This document shows positions 40,601 through 47,531 of a DNA stretch of 64,000 nt, piece by piece. The notes below the pieces were generated by a model. The model was not told the origin of the DNA and made no database searches. It worked only from the letters and a program-made list of their open reading frames with translations. Position numbers and translations under genes: made by a program. The stretch's first letter is position 1; every line of letters begins with the position of its first letter. The DNA is from a virus, in IMG/VR virus record IMGVR_UViG_3300045971_000163, positions 32,001 through 96,000 of that record. The stretch is one strand, 5' to 3'.

Positions 40601-43600
40601 CCGAGTGCTGACACTGACTCAGAGTGTAAAAAGATGTCAACTTTGTCTCCAGCAGCGATAGTAGACAATATTTTCACTGCTAACCGTACACCGTACGAAA
40701 CGATCATATAGTCAGTGGTGGTGATAAGTTTATTGTTTACATACACCTTAATATTTGGAGTACGTTTATTTTTCTTAGGCAATATGTCTATTTCAAAGAA
40801 TGATGTTTTACCATCGCAAATATGCGAAATATTTTGATACTGCTTTGTTTGCTCTACATTTTTCTCCCACAAGTTGCGTAACGCAAATGTGTCAATGTCA
40901 GTAATTTTACCAACAAACATATTTCCTATTAGGTGAGGTGTTTTCACCTTGTTCAATATGGTCGTAAACTCTTCTGTGTCAAAGTTATTTTGGAACACGA
41001 TATCGCCAATGTTTGAAAAGTTGCGATACGATAAAGGGAATTTCAATACTGTGTCTGTGTGGCCGTTACCAGTTTTATACGAGAATATTTTGCTGCCAGT
41101 GAACGTTGTACCAGGGTAGAATGCTACGTCTGATGCACTGTGTTTGTTCTCATCTAAGATGTCAAACAGTGGTGGTACGTTAATTGTTGTCTTTTGCTGA
41201 GCTGCTACCCATTCAGTTCCGTTAAACCAAAATGTAGTACCTGTTACTAAGCCAACGTTATCAGCTAATACACCAGTTAGCACAATGCCCGCTGACGCCA
41301 TTTTTGCTGGTAACTTAGAAAAATCTATTTGCCTAGCATCTTTGTTAAACAACTGAGCTTTTGTTGCTCCACTAAGTGGAACAAGAGGAACCAACACACT
41401 ACTTTTCGCAGTAACTGACTGATTTGTGACGATTGGCTCGTTAACTAGATCCGTTAAGTGCGCTTTTTTAACTGCGTTTATATCAATTGCGTCAATACTA
41501 AACACTTTATCTTTCACCGTGACATCGGAATCATTTGCAAAAATAATCTGGGCATTGCGTGAAATCCCCGCTGATTCCCAAAAAGTTTTATACTTGCTCG
41601 TTTGCACTAGCTGTATACTAGATCCAACACCAGTAACATAATAATTTTTGCCCCTGTACTCTGCCTGAACTATTTTCTGTCCGAAAATAATAAGTAAACC
41701 ATTTGCAAATTTAACGTTATTGGGACCAACATACTCTGTCTGTCCTAAAAAGTCGTTAACATTAAACGGATCAGTACTAGTACCTGGATCAATAACTAAC
41801 CTGTTAACAATGGAACCCTCAACCTCGTTCATTGCGCTAACTACTGTGAAGTCCAGCACATCAATATTAGAGTGGTAGTTAGTGCCGTAGTTAAACAGTT
41901 TTAAGTCTGCTTCAAACTCAATGATGGGACGTTTTGCCCTCATTGTATAATCCACGTTCGGCGTAGTATTATTGTATGTCGCTGTAGCTAGGATTACATC
42001 AGTATGGAACCAACGATTTGTTCTTGACCAAGCATTGCCGTCCACGCTAGCACGATTTATAGTAATGTAATCTGGCGTAAGTGGGCCATCTAAAATTTGA
42101 TCATATTCACCATCGTCATACCCGTATAAATCAAACGGAACCGTATCTACATTGGTGTCAAACTCAGGAGTAATAAGTGAGCTAACATCTACTAATCTAA
42201 TGCTTGTGCCAACCCCCTCAACGTAGTAATCTTTTCCACGATACTCTTCTTGAACTACGTTCCTGCCAAAGTTTATTTTTAGCCCATTGGTAAACGTTAC
42301 CTTGTTGGGGCTTATATATTGTTTTTTACCTAAAAAGTCAGTAACATCCAATGGGTTGTCTGGGTTAGTAACTAATTTTATACGCCCGAAGAATTGTTGA
42401 TCTGTTCCATCGTTATACCACAACTCAGTCAATGTAGCCGTTATTAACGGCACTTCAGTGATTGTACGCTCATCACTGCGGTAAAATTCTTTTGCCGCGT
42501 TCAGTGAGCCTGCTTTAATATATACTTTGTTACGTACTGGAATAGGAGTTATAGGGTTAAGTCTCACAACTTTATCACCGTTGACCTCAATAATGGCGAT
42601 TTCCCATACACCAAATCTAGCATCACCAGTAATAATTCTACCAGCAGAATAAGGTATTCTGTTAGTAATAACAGACGGCACAAGAGGAGTACCGTCAGTC
42701 ATTGACCCGTCCTCGCCCCAGTTTCCATTGGCGTAAATACCTGGTTCTTTCCAAGCATCATCAGTCATATCGTTGTTGATGAAAATCAACTTCCTACCAG
42801 CAACAATATCAGTAGCACCATCTATGCCGCCATTTTTAATAACGGTTGAAAGCAGTTGATTGCTAAGTTGCGAAAATGCAGTGGTTGATGCGTAGTCTAC
42901 ATCTGTTGCTGCGTATGGCATTTCAGTGTAGAATGCTTGCGCGGTGATAGGCGGCACCGTAAAGGTTATAGTACCAGCGTCAGTGCCGTTTTCAGAAACA
43001 CCCATAACATTACGTGTGTTAATGTTGGCTTGATTTTTACGGAAACCTGACACGCCTGGATCTGTTTGAATCCAAAACTTGAATCCCGGCTGATTCACGA
43101 TGAAAGTGTATGTGCCGCCTCGTGCTAGCACAATGTCAGGATTTTCAGAATTTTTCGCGTTGCTAAACTTGTATGAGTTCGTTGATGTATCACGTGTTAC
43201 TGTAAACGTACTGTCTGTGTCAACCAAACCTGTAAATACCTCAACTGCATCTGGACCGTGTGGCATCCAGTAATACTGATTAAAGTTAACCAGCTTATCA
43301 AAATCCACCAACCCATTAAACGAGTATGCTTCGTTCGCAAACAAGCGAGAGTGATTCGCAGCAGATCCACCGTAATATTCAATCTGTTGCAGTAAGTCTG
43401 TATAGCTACCAAAAAAGTTAATATTGTTGTCAGAGTCTGTAGAAACTACACTTGGCTCAAACTGATAGTTTTGGCGAGAAGTGCTTGGCTCAGGGAGATA
43501 GTTGTCTGTTGAGTGATATGTTGGTGCAAATTTACGGCCAATATATCCGTTAAGCTTCTTAAAATTTGGCTCTGCTATTAACTGATCAACAGTAGCATTT

Positions 43601-43665
43601 AAAAACTTTCTGTTGGCAGGAGTTTTAAAAACTTCTGGCAGAAAATTAATAGTTTTAGTAGACAT
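31696..43665 (-). CDS. Giant (3989 aa) baseplate wedge-like structural protein
   Basis: Follows the gp6-like gene; FG-GAP-like repeats (FGDSIA..LVISA..AGKVFVY), G.GY...P.V..GGGGSGA modules, VKPYRTKIRE motif. Confidence 0.7.
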   Translation of the reverse strand: MSTKTINFLPEVFKTPANRKFLNATVDQLIAEPNFKKLNGYIGRKFAPTYHSTDNYLPEPSTSRQNYQFEPSVVSTDSDNNINFFGSYTDLLQQIEYYGGSAANHSRLFANEAYSFNGLVDFDKLVNFNQYYWMPHGPDAVEVFTGLVDTDSTFTVTRDTSTNSYKFSNAKNSENPDIVLARGGTYTFIVNQPGFKFWIQTDPGVSGFRKNQANINTRNVMGVSENGTDAGTITFTVPPITAQAFYTEMPYAATDVDYASTTAFSQLSNQLLSTVIKNGGIDGATDIVAGRKLIFINNDMTDDAWKEPGIYANGNWGEDGSMTDGTPLVPSVITNRIPYSAGRIITGDARFGVWEIAIIEVNGDKVVRLNPITPIPVRNKVYIKAGSLNAAKEFYRSDERTITEVPLITATLTELWYNDGTDQQFFGRIKLVTNPDNPLDVTDFLGKKQYISPNKVTFTNGLKINFGRNVVQEEYRGKDYYVEGVGTSIRLVDVSSLITPEFDTNVDTVPFDLYGYDDGEYDQILDGPLTPDYITINRASVDGNAWSRTNRWFHTDVILATATYNNTTPNVDYTMRAKRPIIEFEADLKLFNYGTNYHSNIDVLDFTVVSAMNEVEGSIVNRLVIDPGTSTDPFNVNDFLGQTEYVGPNNVKFANGLLIIFGQKIVQAEYRGKNYYVTGVGSSIQLVQTSKYKTFWESAGISRNAQIIFANDSDVTVKDKVFSIDAIDINAVKKAHLTDLVNEPIVTNQSVTAKSSVLVPLVPLSGATKAQLFNKDARQIDFSKLPAKMASAGIVLTGVLADNVGLVTGTTFWFNGTEWVAAQQKTTINVPPLFDILDENKHSASDVAFYPGTTFTGSKIFSYKTGNGHTDTVLKFPLSYRNFSNIGDIVFQNNFDTEEFTTILNKVKTPHLIGNMFVGKITDIDTFALRNLWEKNVEQTKQYQNISHICDGKTSFFEIDILPKKNKRTPNIKVYVNNKLITTTDYMIVSYGVRLAVKILSTIAAGDKVDIFLHSESVSALGYYEVPPSLEFNALNAKFDNLSLGQISSHVTALAENSLSITGNVPGNSNLRDIFVKDIGGKILQHSAPAAYSSVFLLNSNTNFIDSITLAQNEYVKFKNRFLESYAMVVDAGVTDPATGVDMIMKSLNAVKNRQMPWYYSDMVPYDANRSMITDIVLNEEIAEYEIDSIFNDIDLGSKAVLVYVNGVQLVKGQDYIFNQTRPAVKFLHKLSYDDVITITTFNNTDGCYVPETPTKLGLYPKFVPEVFLDNTYTTPINAIRGHDGSITPAFGDIRDNLLMELELRIYNNIKAVYDHHTFDINSVVPGRFRNTNYAKSDFDNIVSRNFLRWLGNNKVDYSSNQWYTSGNPFSWTYNAFTDTVNGSALPGYWRGIFNYFYDTDAPHARPWECLGFGMKPTWWENYYGPAPYTGGNLVLWGDLELGLIREGTRAGIDVNYARPGLSKIIPVTENGELRAPYEFLVSNFDGGKTDLAFAIGDGGPVESAWRKSSNYPFAVQQALALMRPGVYFGQLSSVHDYYRNSLIDQFTSSVSNRRLTKLDFKINGKLVGKEVTRNAGYLNWVVDYITSNGLTPDSILTPLLENLDVKLAYKMAGFSDKTFLRVLAEQSSPSSTNSSIMVPDENYAVYLHKSSPVERLSYSAVIIEKTAAGFSVSGYDIANPYFTIIPSEVTSNNYTINIFNSSATIYSDYQRVKLDIPYGTEFKNKQQVVDFLVSYGRYLESQGFIFDEFNRELGEAMDWPLSAKEFLTWSQQGWAIGNIVVLSPVKDKIKVIYANAVADQINNLPLGSKILDTNFNLIPTTEFNVVREGQTFEIGSAVGNTVGFADIDMVQFEHVLVFDNKTAFNDVIYSPELGNRQFRLKVIGNKTGAWDGQLTPPGFIYYGAAYKNWSSGSDYRKGEIVKYKNIIYTAIDNIDAATAFNFGQWAVAVNQSIKPSLLPNLSYNASKFIDMYDVDSNVVNEKIQSHSSNLIGYQERSYLTDLGINSTSQTKFYQGYIRDKGTTDAITALTSATFNNLMGDVQVNEEWAFRVGEYGATGTDKFVEVQLSDSKYKNIPLTVEFTEPGAVASTIAAVAENKNTLYKKSREFTPTLFNNRSVTSLYDGDLLTAGYVNLNDIDATVFDLQHSSALDALLPRLYAGFKIWVAKDLKSDWNVFRVSQAAAMLTNVDYNLDTTARFSTDGPHHLAVNDIFTVKNFMDSVDGFYKVTQVEDANTIVAAISTTLEKSMLTVPSLEGTGTMFTLYSLRVNEIVDIVTKTPPVFDWLDTDMLWVDNTIDAKWGVYKKSSLWDFSANLTEFTEVANGNFGATVSTFNGSVVIVTSPGNTSNSLTMYVKSATGEYLKSSSITHLLKYRDNGVGGIEEYNNNYIVGKTAAMNTKSYVVSAQNAHTDPLDLSTKLLHYSLENLQQASIEPDEIVLPNDSYGHSIAISKDDMWFFVSSPTEGTVLCFAKFIMTFDNSTTTFTKTILSDPILVDTLVLPGINFGDSIATNSDGSLLVISATTAPSNAIVNAGKVFVYKRAEPVPGTFTFTTVTDVIESLVPQANEKFGQTVMFTANNELLIGSPFQITDDNHAGVVYRLVNDGTGNFNIVQVIKKPFSESLEYFGVAFAEDTATGAIAISSSGATNFGPMQIDNTDFLLDSGTTMFSDSIPNAGAVYVYEPLRSATETVYSFTQSLSSSVISMGDNFGAALAAANGGIFVGSPTNDHTALDVGGVAYFTNKNKTPGWALFRSESPTVDLESIDGLMVYSKKTQQIIDTLDYIDPAKGKILGIAEQDITYKTSYDPAQYNTTHVADTTLDQTFVWGEEKVGQVWWDLSKVRYIDYEQDGLDYRIRHWGQMFPGSEIVVCEWVKSTVPPASYTGPGVPVYSSNTAYTEKLAVNNVTGVIQSTYYFWVTGKDTLDAATNTRRASIVRIASLINSPATEGIAYAEVIKDNAVALVNIDSLLSADDTILRVNYSNIKNSILSHNEYELVKENSTFAKIPDKIVAKLIDSLAGTDMMGNLVPDNKLTPAERYGVAIRPKQTMIVNRQKALRVFAGYVNSVLKKQPAASEFNLDTLYLVENIPTEYMYIAEVNTIEELSYLNPHALPVDGKVLVKSDNGYNNQWAIYIVQADFTYTIFRTQSYATTDYWEFDDWYDSAFDFTVKPTYTVPTFKDISKLTKLAYSNVVFVKDNGKGKFAFYRIEADLTHTLVGLQDGTIQISNSFWAHESSDIGFDNANFDEVRFDLNPTIEIRNIFNAVKNDLFTGALEGEFNNLFFIMLNYILSEQRMVDWAFKTSFISVLHKLRKLEQFPSYIRDNQTFYEEYIKEVKPYRTKIREYIVEYEAATTANVTPTDFDLPAYFDTDLNVWRSPSGEHARDDLLLASDTKYADWKANYTYSIESVKMSSQGYGYSLPPTVLAVGGGGSGAVLEAVIDFYTGAIVKINVINPGSGYTSTPELQILGDGIDAAGEQTAKGYVMMRNNTIRSFDSTLTFDRISYVPDTIDAANSYSNAANRVDQFYNPVPGMPPKDYARLFTGGGYTADQVVGATFLDTDEEKTIIESFFNVPDADGSIELGNSYFIDKYNSHAPEEYVPGLMLDTLDMQVFTLPADMSTTQVIGYRIVKPMKYVANYATTLAADLLPADLTIQLTDVSMFSDPTFSHFDASVPPQPVYKTYDQVNPLPVFIEGEKFLFYGVDYVANTLTLRSRDINTVIHPMARTTEVSPGNFTTVMTEVFTSAPDWEFKRISAASTTTLVAPLYSQDSWIVTFDTGSKVVRALNEADALLFARKQTGNTSALVSVVKAPGQIAVADTSGLPTPNPSLLRPGVVYINGERIVYYGIDRSNNLLLNLRRGTNGTGVAAVHDIGSRVVDASEYQTIPGDTAVPQRTWLNDSVPNADNVIAVPYATTDRIVDGVGLFDSGTIQARFLHAGRSFLPSAPGDLGGRIDPNANNTRFDDDGFGEYGTPVHPYDIDPFDSYIIG

Positions 43666-43700
43666 TCATTAATCCTAATTTATACAGCGTATCTGTATAT

Positions 43701-46700
43701 TTACCCTACGATATTCACGTTTAATTCAGCCGCTGTAACTGCGCTAATAACTTCTACGTTATCAACTGTTGCTGCGCTGGTTAAAATCTCATTTGCTTCT
43801 GCATTAATCTGATACAAGTTACCAAACATTGACGCTGGGTCAGCTGGCACAATAATAATAGACGATACGTTAGGTGTCAACGCAGTATGTAAATATGCGC
43901 TTAACTCACTAAAGTAAAAGCTTTCGCCAAAATCCCAGTTGTCTACGTCAAAATACGTGTTAAGTGCGCTAATCACGCTCGTCTTAATATCGTTGTCGCT
44001 AACGATCACTGCTTGGTTTTTTACTACTTTAAATATTGCTTGCAACGGCAAGTCTGCTTTAGCACCAAATAGAGGCTTAAACTTTGCGCTATTATAGATT
44101 AGCGAGTCGCTAACGGCCTTGATGTTTTCTAACGAGCTGTAGTTTAATTTTAACTCTTCCGTAGTTGGGGGTGTTGGCTCTGCCAGCGTATTAGTTGTAT
44201 CTCGCATCCATTGTGTGTACGATGTGCTGTACGCTGATGTAAGCATAAACATATCAATCAAGTTATTAGGACTTGGATCAATTCTACGATAGTCTGGACT
44301 ATTGTGCCTATATTGGAATAGTAATTTGCTACGGCCTACATTTGCCACATAACTAGTTTTGTTTGCCACAATGCTAGATCCAATAAGTTCATAAAATATA
44401 CCCGCTTTTCCAGTGTTAGTGTCAACTTCATCTTTAGCATAAAAAATCTGCCCGTTAATGTCAACACCAGTACGAGTATTGATGTCCGCTAAGTAGTGAT
44501 AATGTGTAATTACCTTTTCCTTAGGCACAGGGGTATACCATAAAAAGCTATCCTCAGTAAATGTTTTCTTGAAAAATACAAATTTGTCCTCGGCGAATGA
44601 TGCTGGTGCCACTACAGATTCAAACAATGTTGGGTCATCTGGTATTCCGTCTACATTGGTATCAGTAAACGAAAGGTGGATCTTATTTTGATTTACAAAT
44701 CCGTCATCTTCTACAACGTTTTCATAAATTTTCCAATTGTAATCCATCCCTAACGGAGCACCAGTGACTGGGTGTGGGTTAACCCTTAGGATTTTGATTA
44801 GATCAGGAATAGTGGTTCCAGTTTTGCTGTCATATACCCTTACTTTCTCATCAAAGTAAAATTTTGTTTCAGCTAAACTTTCAAATACGTAATCTGTTTT
44901 TCTCCAATATATCGTATACTCAAATCCAATATTATGCTTGAAATATATTAACCAACGATCGTCAACTCCTGAACCTAAATAGCTATTTGAGAAGTTACCT
45001 GCAGCGGGGTTAACTGGTAATTCCGCTGCGTTAATAATTTCCCATGTTTCTGAATTTTGGTCGTAGCGCATACCAAAATTAACGCGACTTATTGCTTTTG
45101 CTGTTACATCAGCTAGTGTAGTAGGAAGCATTGTATTTTTAAACACAGATCGTACATTCATTGCTATTGATCCGTTTGGCACTACTTGGTTTAATTTAAT
45201 TGTGCCAATACCGTTAGAAAGAACCCCTAATCCTCCGTTAGTTCCATCGCCGACAACGGTTACTACTGAGGCAAACAAAAATAATTTATCGCCGTCATTT
45301 TTTGGCAATCCAGATGCGATTCTATTTTGGGCATTAAAAAACTTACCTACACCAGCACTAAACTGAATTATTGCACCAGCTTTAATATGCTTTGTGCTTG
45401 CACTCGTGATGCTACCAACTTGATGTATATGGTTAGCTGAGTCAATAAAATACCCAGTGCTTGCATTACTATCTCGTGTACTAAAAACCCATTTAACGTC
45501 GTTCAAAGTAGCTGGTATAAAGTTAGTAACATCGTAGTAGAAATGTTTCATTTCAACAGAATTAGTGATACTTAAAAGTTCTTGATTGATTACTTGTGAC
45601 ACTGTTGGCAGCGATGAAAATTTTATCTTCCTTGATGGAACGCTCGTGTCTTTGTACAGTATTCCGTCTTGACCAAATATGTTCGTGCTGGAATATTTGC
45701 CACTTACGTCAATGACATCTAAGTAACGGCTAACTCCGGAACTAGACCTGTTGACTGCTTTGACTTTTAATAAGTCAGTGAATGTTGTGTATGGTAAGAT
45801 GTTGTAATCTTCACCCGTAATCATACGCCCTTGTGTATAGTATTGCTGTGGCGCTTTACTTTTAATATCTGTAATAGACTCTGCGGCAACGCCGTTCGTC
45901 ACTGTATATTTTAAGCTTGCTGCTATAGTCAATGTTTCAGTAGTACCTGAACGTGAAATATAGTTAATAGACACTGAAACATTTTGTAGCTCATCTGGTG
46001 TAATCTTGTATGTTTGCCCGTTTGACGTTCTAAAGTATAGGCGATAGTTTCCTTGCGGAATGTTTGAAAAAGATCCGTCGCCAAATACTAGATCGATTTG
46101 GTCGCCCTCACCCGTGTTAACTTGATACAAGTTGCGCTCTGTCTTCTTGTTATAGATTACGTTAATGCCAGCGATTGTAGGCACGTTGATCCATTTTGTT
46201 TTGTCAACGCCAGAGCTGTTAACATCATACAACCATACGTCTGTACTGTTGATGTTGTTATACCCAACGTTAAGCACACGGTTAGCCAATGCTTCTGCTA
46301 CGTTAAACTCAACCTTCTGCATCGTCCCTTGCTTGAAATGCAAGAAAAAGCCTGTGTTATTACTGCCGTTGCCTTGGTTATCGTTGCGATACAGAACGTT
46401 AAACTTGCTGCGTGGGGAAGGCTCTACTTCGTACAAGTAAGGTTGTCCTGCGCTCGTAACGCTTACTGCCTCAAATTGTGTCGTTGTTCCGCCCACTGTA
46501 TTGGAGAATGGGTATACAGGCACAACGTTTGAAAGTATATTGATTGCGTATTCGTCGTTTTTAATGCCGTTAATCGTTTGTGTGTTGCCAGGATTGCCAA
46601 TGATTTGGCTATTGATTAAAGTAGCATTTAGCACTATAGAAAATTGTTCGTGCCAGTTATTGTTAGATATGTCGTTCCAGCTTATGTTTAAGTTTGCTAG

Positions 46701-47105
46701 GTTTATACCGTTAGAATCATATACAGATTCAGTGGTAGCAACAGAGTTGATTTTCAATAGCCCGTTTGCTGCGGTGTTACGCTTAGGGTTGTAGTTAATA
46801 AGTTTTGCTAGCTTGAGTATGCTATCGCGGCGTTCAGCAGTATCTAAGAAGTTTTCACGAGCATTTAGCTCTGTACGGAATGCTAAACTTTGTCCAAGGA
46901 ACGCAATCAAGTCAATCAGCGCAATGTATTCGCTTGATTCAATGAAATCGTTAAAGTCCTCGGGATAATATAGCTTCAGATAGTCAATCATCGACTTCCG
47001 AAGCGTTTCAAAGTCATAAGACTGAAAATCAGCTTCACGGAACGTCTGATAGATTTTTTTCCAATCTTCAACTACTAGTAAACTATTTTGGCGATTTGAT
47101 GACAT
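43701..47105 (-). CDS. gp6: Baseplate wedge subunit (T4 gp6-like)
   Basis: DFETLRKSMIDYL, DFNDFIESS, ENFLDTAERRDSILKLAKLINYNP, LVFGDG, ESITDIKSKAP..Y.TQGRMITGEDY. Confidence 0.82.
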   Translation of the reverse strand: MSSNRQNSLLVVEDWKKIYQTFREADFQSYDFETLRKSMIDYLKLYYPEDFNDFIESSEYIALIDLIAFLGQSLAFRTELNARENFLDTAERRDSILKLAKLINYNPKRNTAANGLLKINSVATTESVYDSNGINLANLNISWNDISNNNWHEQFSIVLNATLINSQIIGNPGNTQTINGIKNDEYAINILSNVVPVYPFSNTVGGTTTQFEAVSVTSAGQPYLYEVEPSPRSKFNVLYRNDNQGNGSNNTGFFLHFKQGTMQKVEFNVAEALANRVLNVGYNNINSTDVWLYDVNSSGVDKTKWINVPTIAGINVIYNKKTERNLYQVNTGEGDQIDLVFGDGSFSNIPQGNYRLYFRTSNGQTYKITPDELQNVSVSINYISRSGTTETLTIAASLKYTVTNGVAAESITDIKSKAPQQYYTQGRMITGEDYNILPYTTFTDLLKVKAVNRSSSGVSRYLDVIDVSGKYSSTNIFGQDGILYKDTSVPSRKIKFSSLPTVSQVINQELLSITNSVEMKHFYYDVTNFIPATLNDVKWVFSTRDSNASTGYFIDSANHIHQVGSITSASTKHIKAGAIIQFSAGVGKFFNAQNRIASGLPKNDGDKLFLFASVVTVVGDGTNGGLGVLSNGIGTIKLNQVVPNGSIAMNVRSVFKNTMLPTTLADVTAKAISRVNFGMRYDQNSETWEIINAAELPVNPAAGNFSNSYLGSGVDDRWLIYFKHNIGFEYTIYWRKTDYVFESLAETKFYFDEKVRVYDSKTGTTIPDLIKILRVNPHPVTGAPLGMDYNWKIYENVVEDDGFVNQNKIHLSFTDTNVDGIPDDPTLFESVVAPASFAEDKFVFFKKTFTEDSFLWYTPVPKEKVITHYHYLADINTRTGVDINGQIFYAKDEVDTNTGKAGIFYELIGSSIVANKTSYVANVGRSKLLFQYRHNSPDYRRIDPSPNNLIDMFMLTSAYSTSYTQWMRDTTNTLAEPTPPTTEELKLNYSSLENIKAVSDSLIYNSAKFKPLFGAKADLPLQAIFKVVKNQAVIVSDNDIKTSVISALNTYFDVDNWDFGESFYFSELSAYLHTALTPNVSSIIIVPADPASMFGNLYQINAEANEILTSAATVDNVEVISAVTAAELNVNIVG

Positions 47106-47125
47106 AAAATTTTGCTCATTTTATG

Positions 47126-47132
47126 TATTTAT
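47126..47132 (-). promoter_or_regulatory. Late promoter (ATAAATA)
   Basis: Intergenic motif 21 nt upstream of the gp6-like ATG. Confidence 0.65.
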
Positions 47133-47153
47133 CTAGTTTAAAAAGTGCTATGT

Positions 47154-47516
47154 TTATTTTACTGCGTCACGTTCAAAATTTAGCAGCATTTGAGCTGTTT
47201 GATTGGTTTCTGAGAATGTTAAATCTAATGCTATTTGTATGCCGTATTCATACTCAATAATCGTAATTTCGTTTATGATTAGTCGTGGATCATATGCTGC
47301 AATACGCTGCAAATCCTCAGCTATAGCTTTCTTTACCTCTGGTGTTAACTGCTCAAATAGTAAACCCCAAATAATAGTGCCAAAATTTGGGTTCATTAGC
47401 TTTTCACCCTTGCGAATATGTAGGTGATTGATCAAGTCTTGCTTTGCAAGGTCAAAATCAGTCAACCTATATTTTTTAGAGTTGCCAACGGTAGAAAAGC
47501 CTTTGTATATAGTCAT
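47154..47516 (-). CDS. gp25: Baseplate wedge subunit gp25-like
   Basis: KQDLINHLHIRKGEKLMNPNFGTIIWGLLFE...YDPR; ATAAATA at 47521-47527. Confidence 0.88.
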   Translation of the reverse strand: MTIYKGFSTVGNSKKYRLTDFDLAKQDLINHLHIRKGEKLMNPNFGTIIWGLLFEQLTPEVKKAIAEDLQRIAAYDPRLIINEITIIEYEYGIQIALDLTFSETNQTAQMLLNFERDAVK

Positions 47517-47531
47517 AGCGTATTTATGCTG

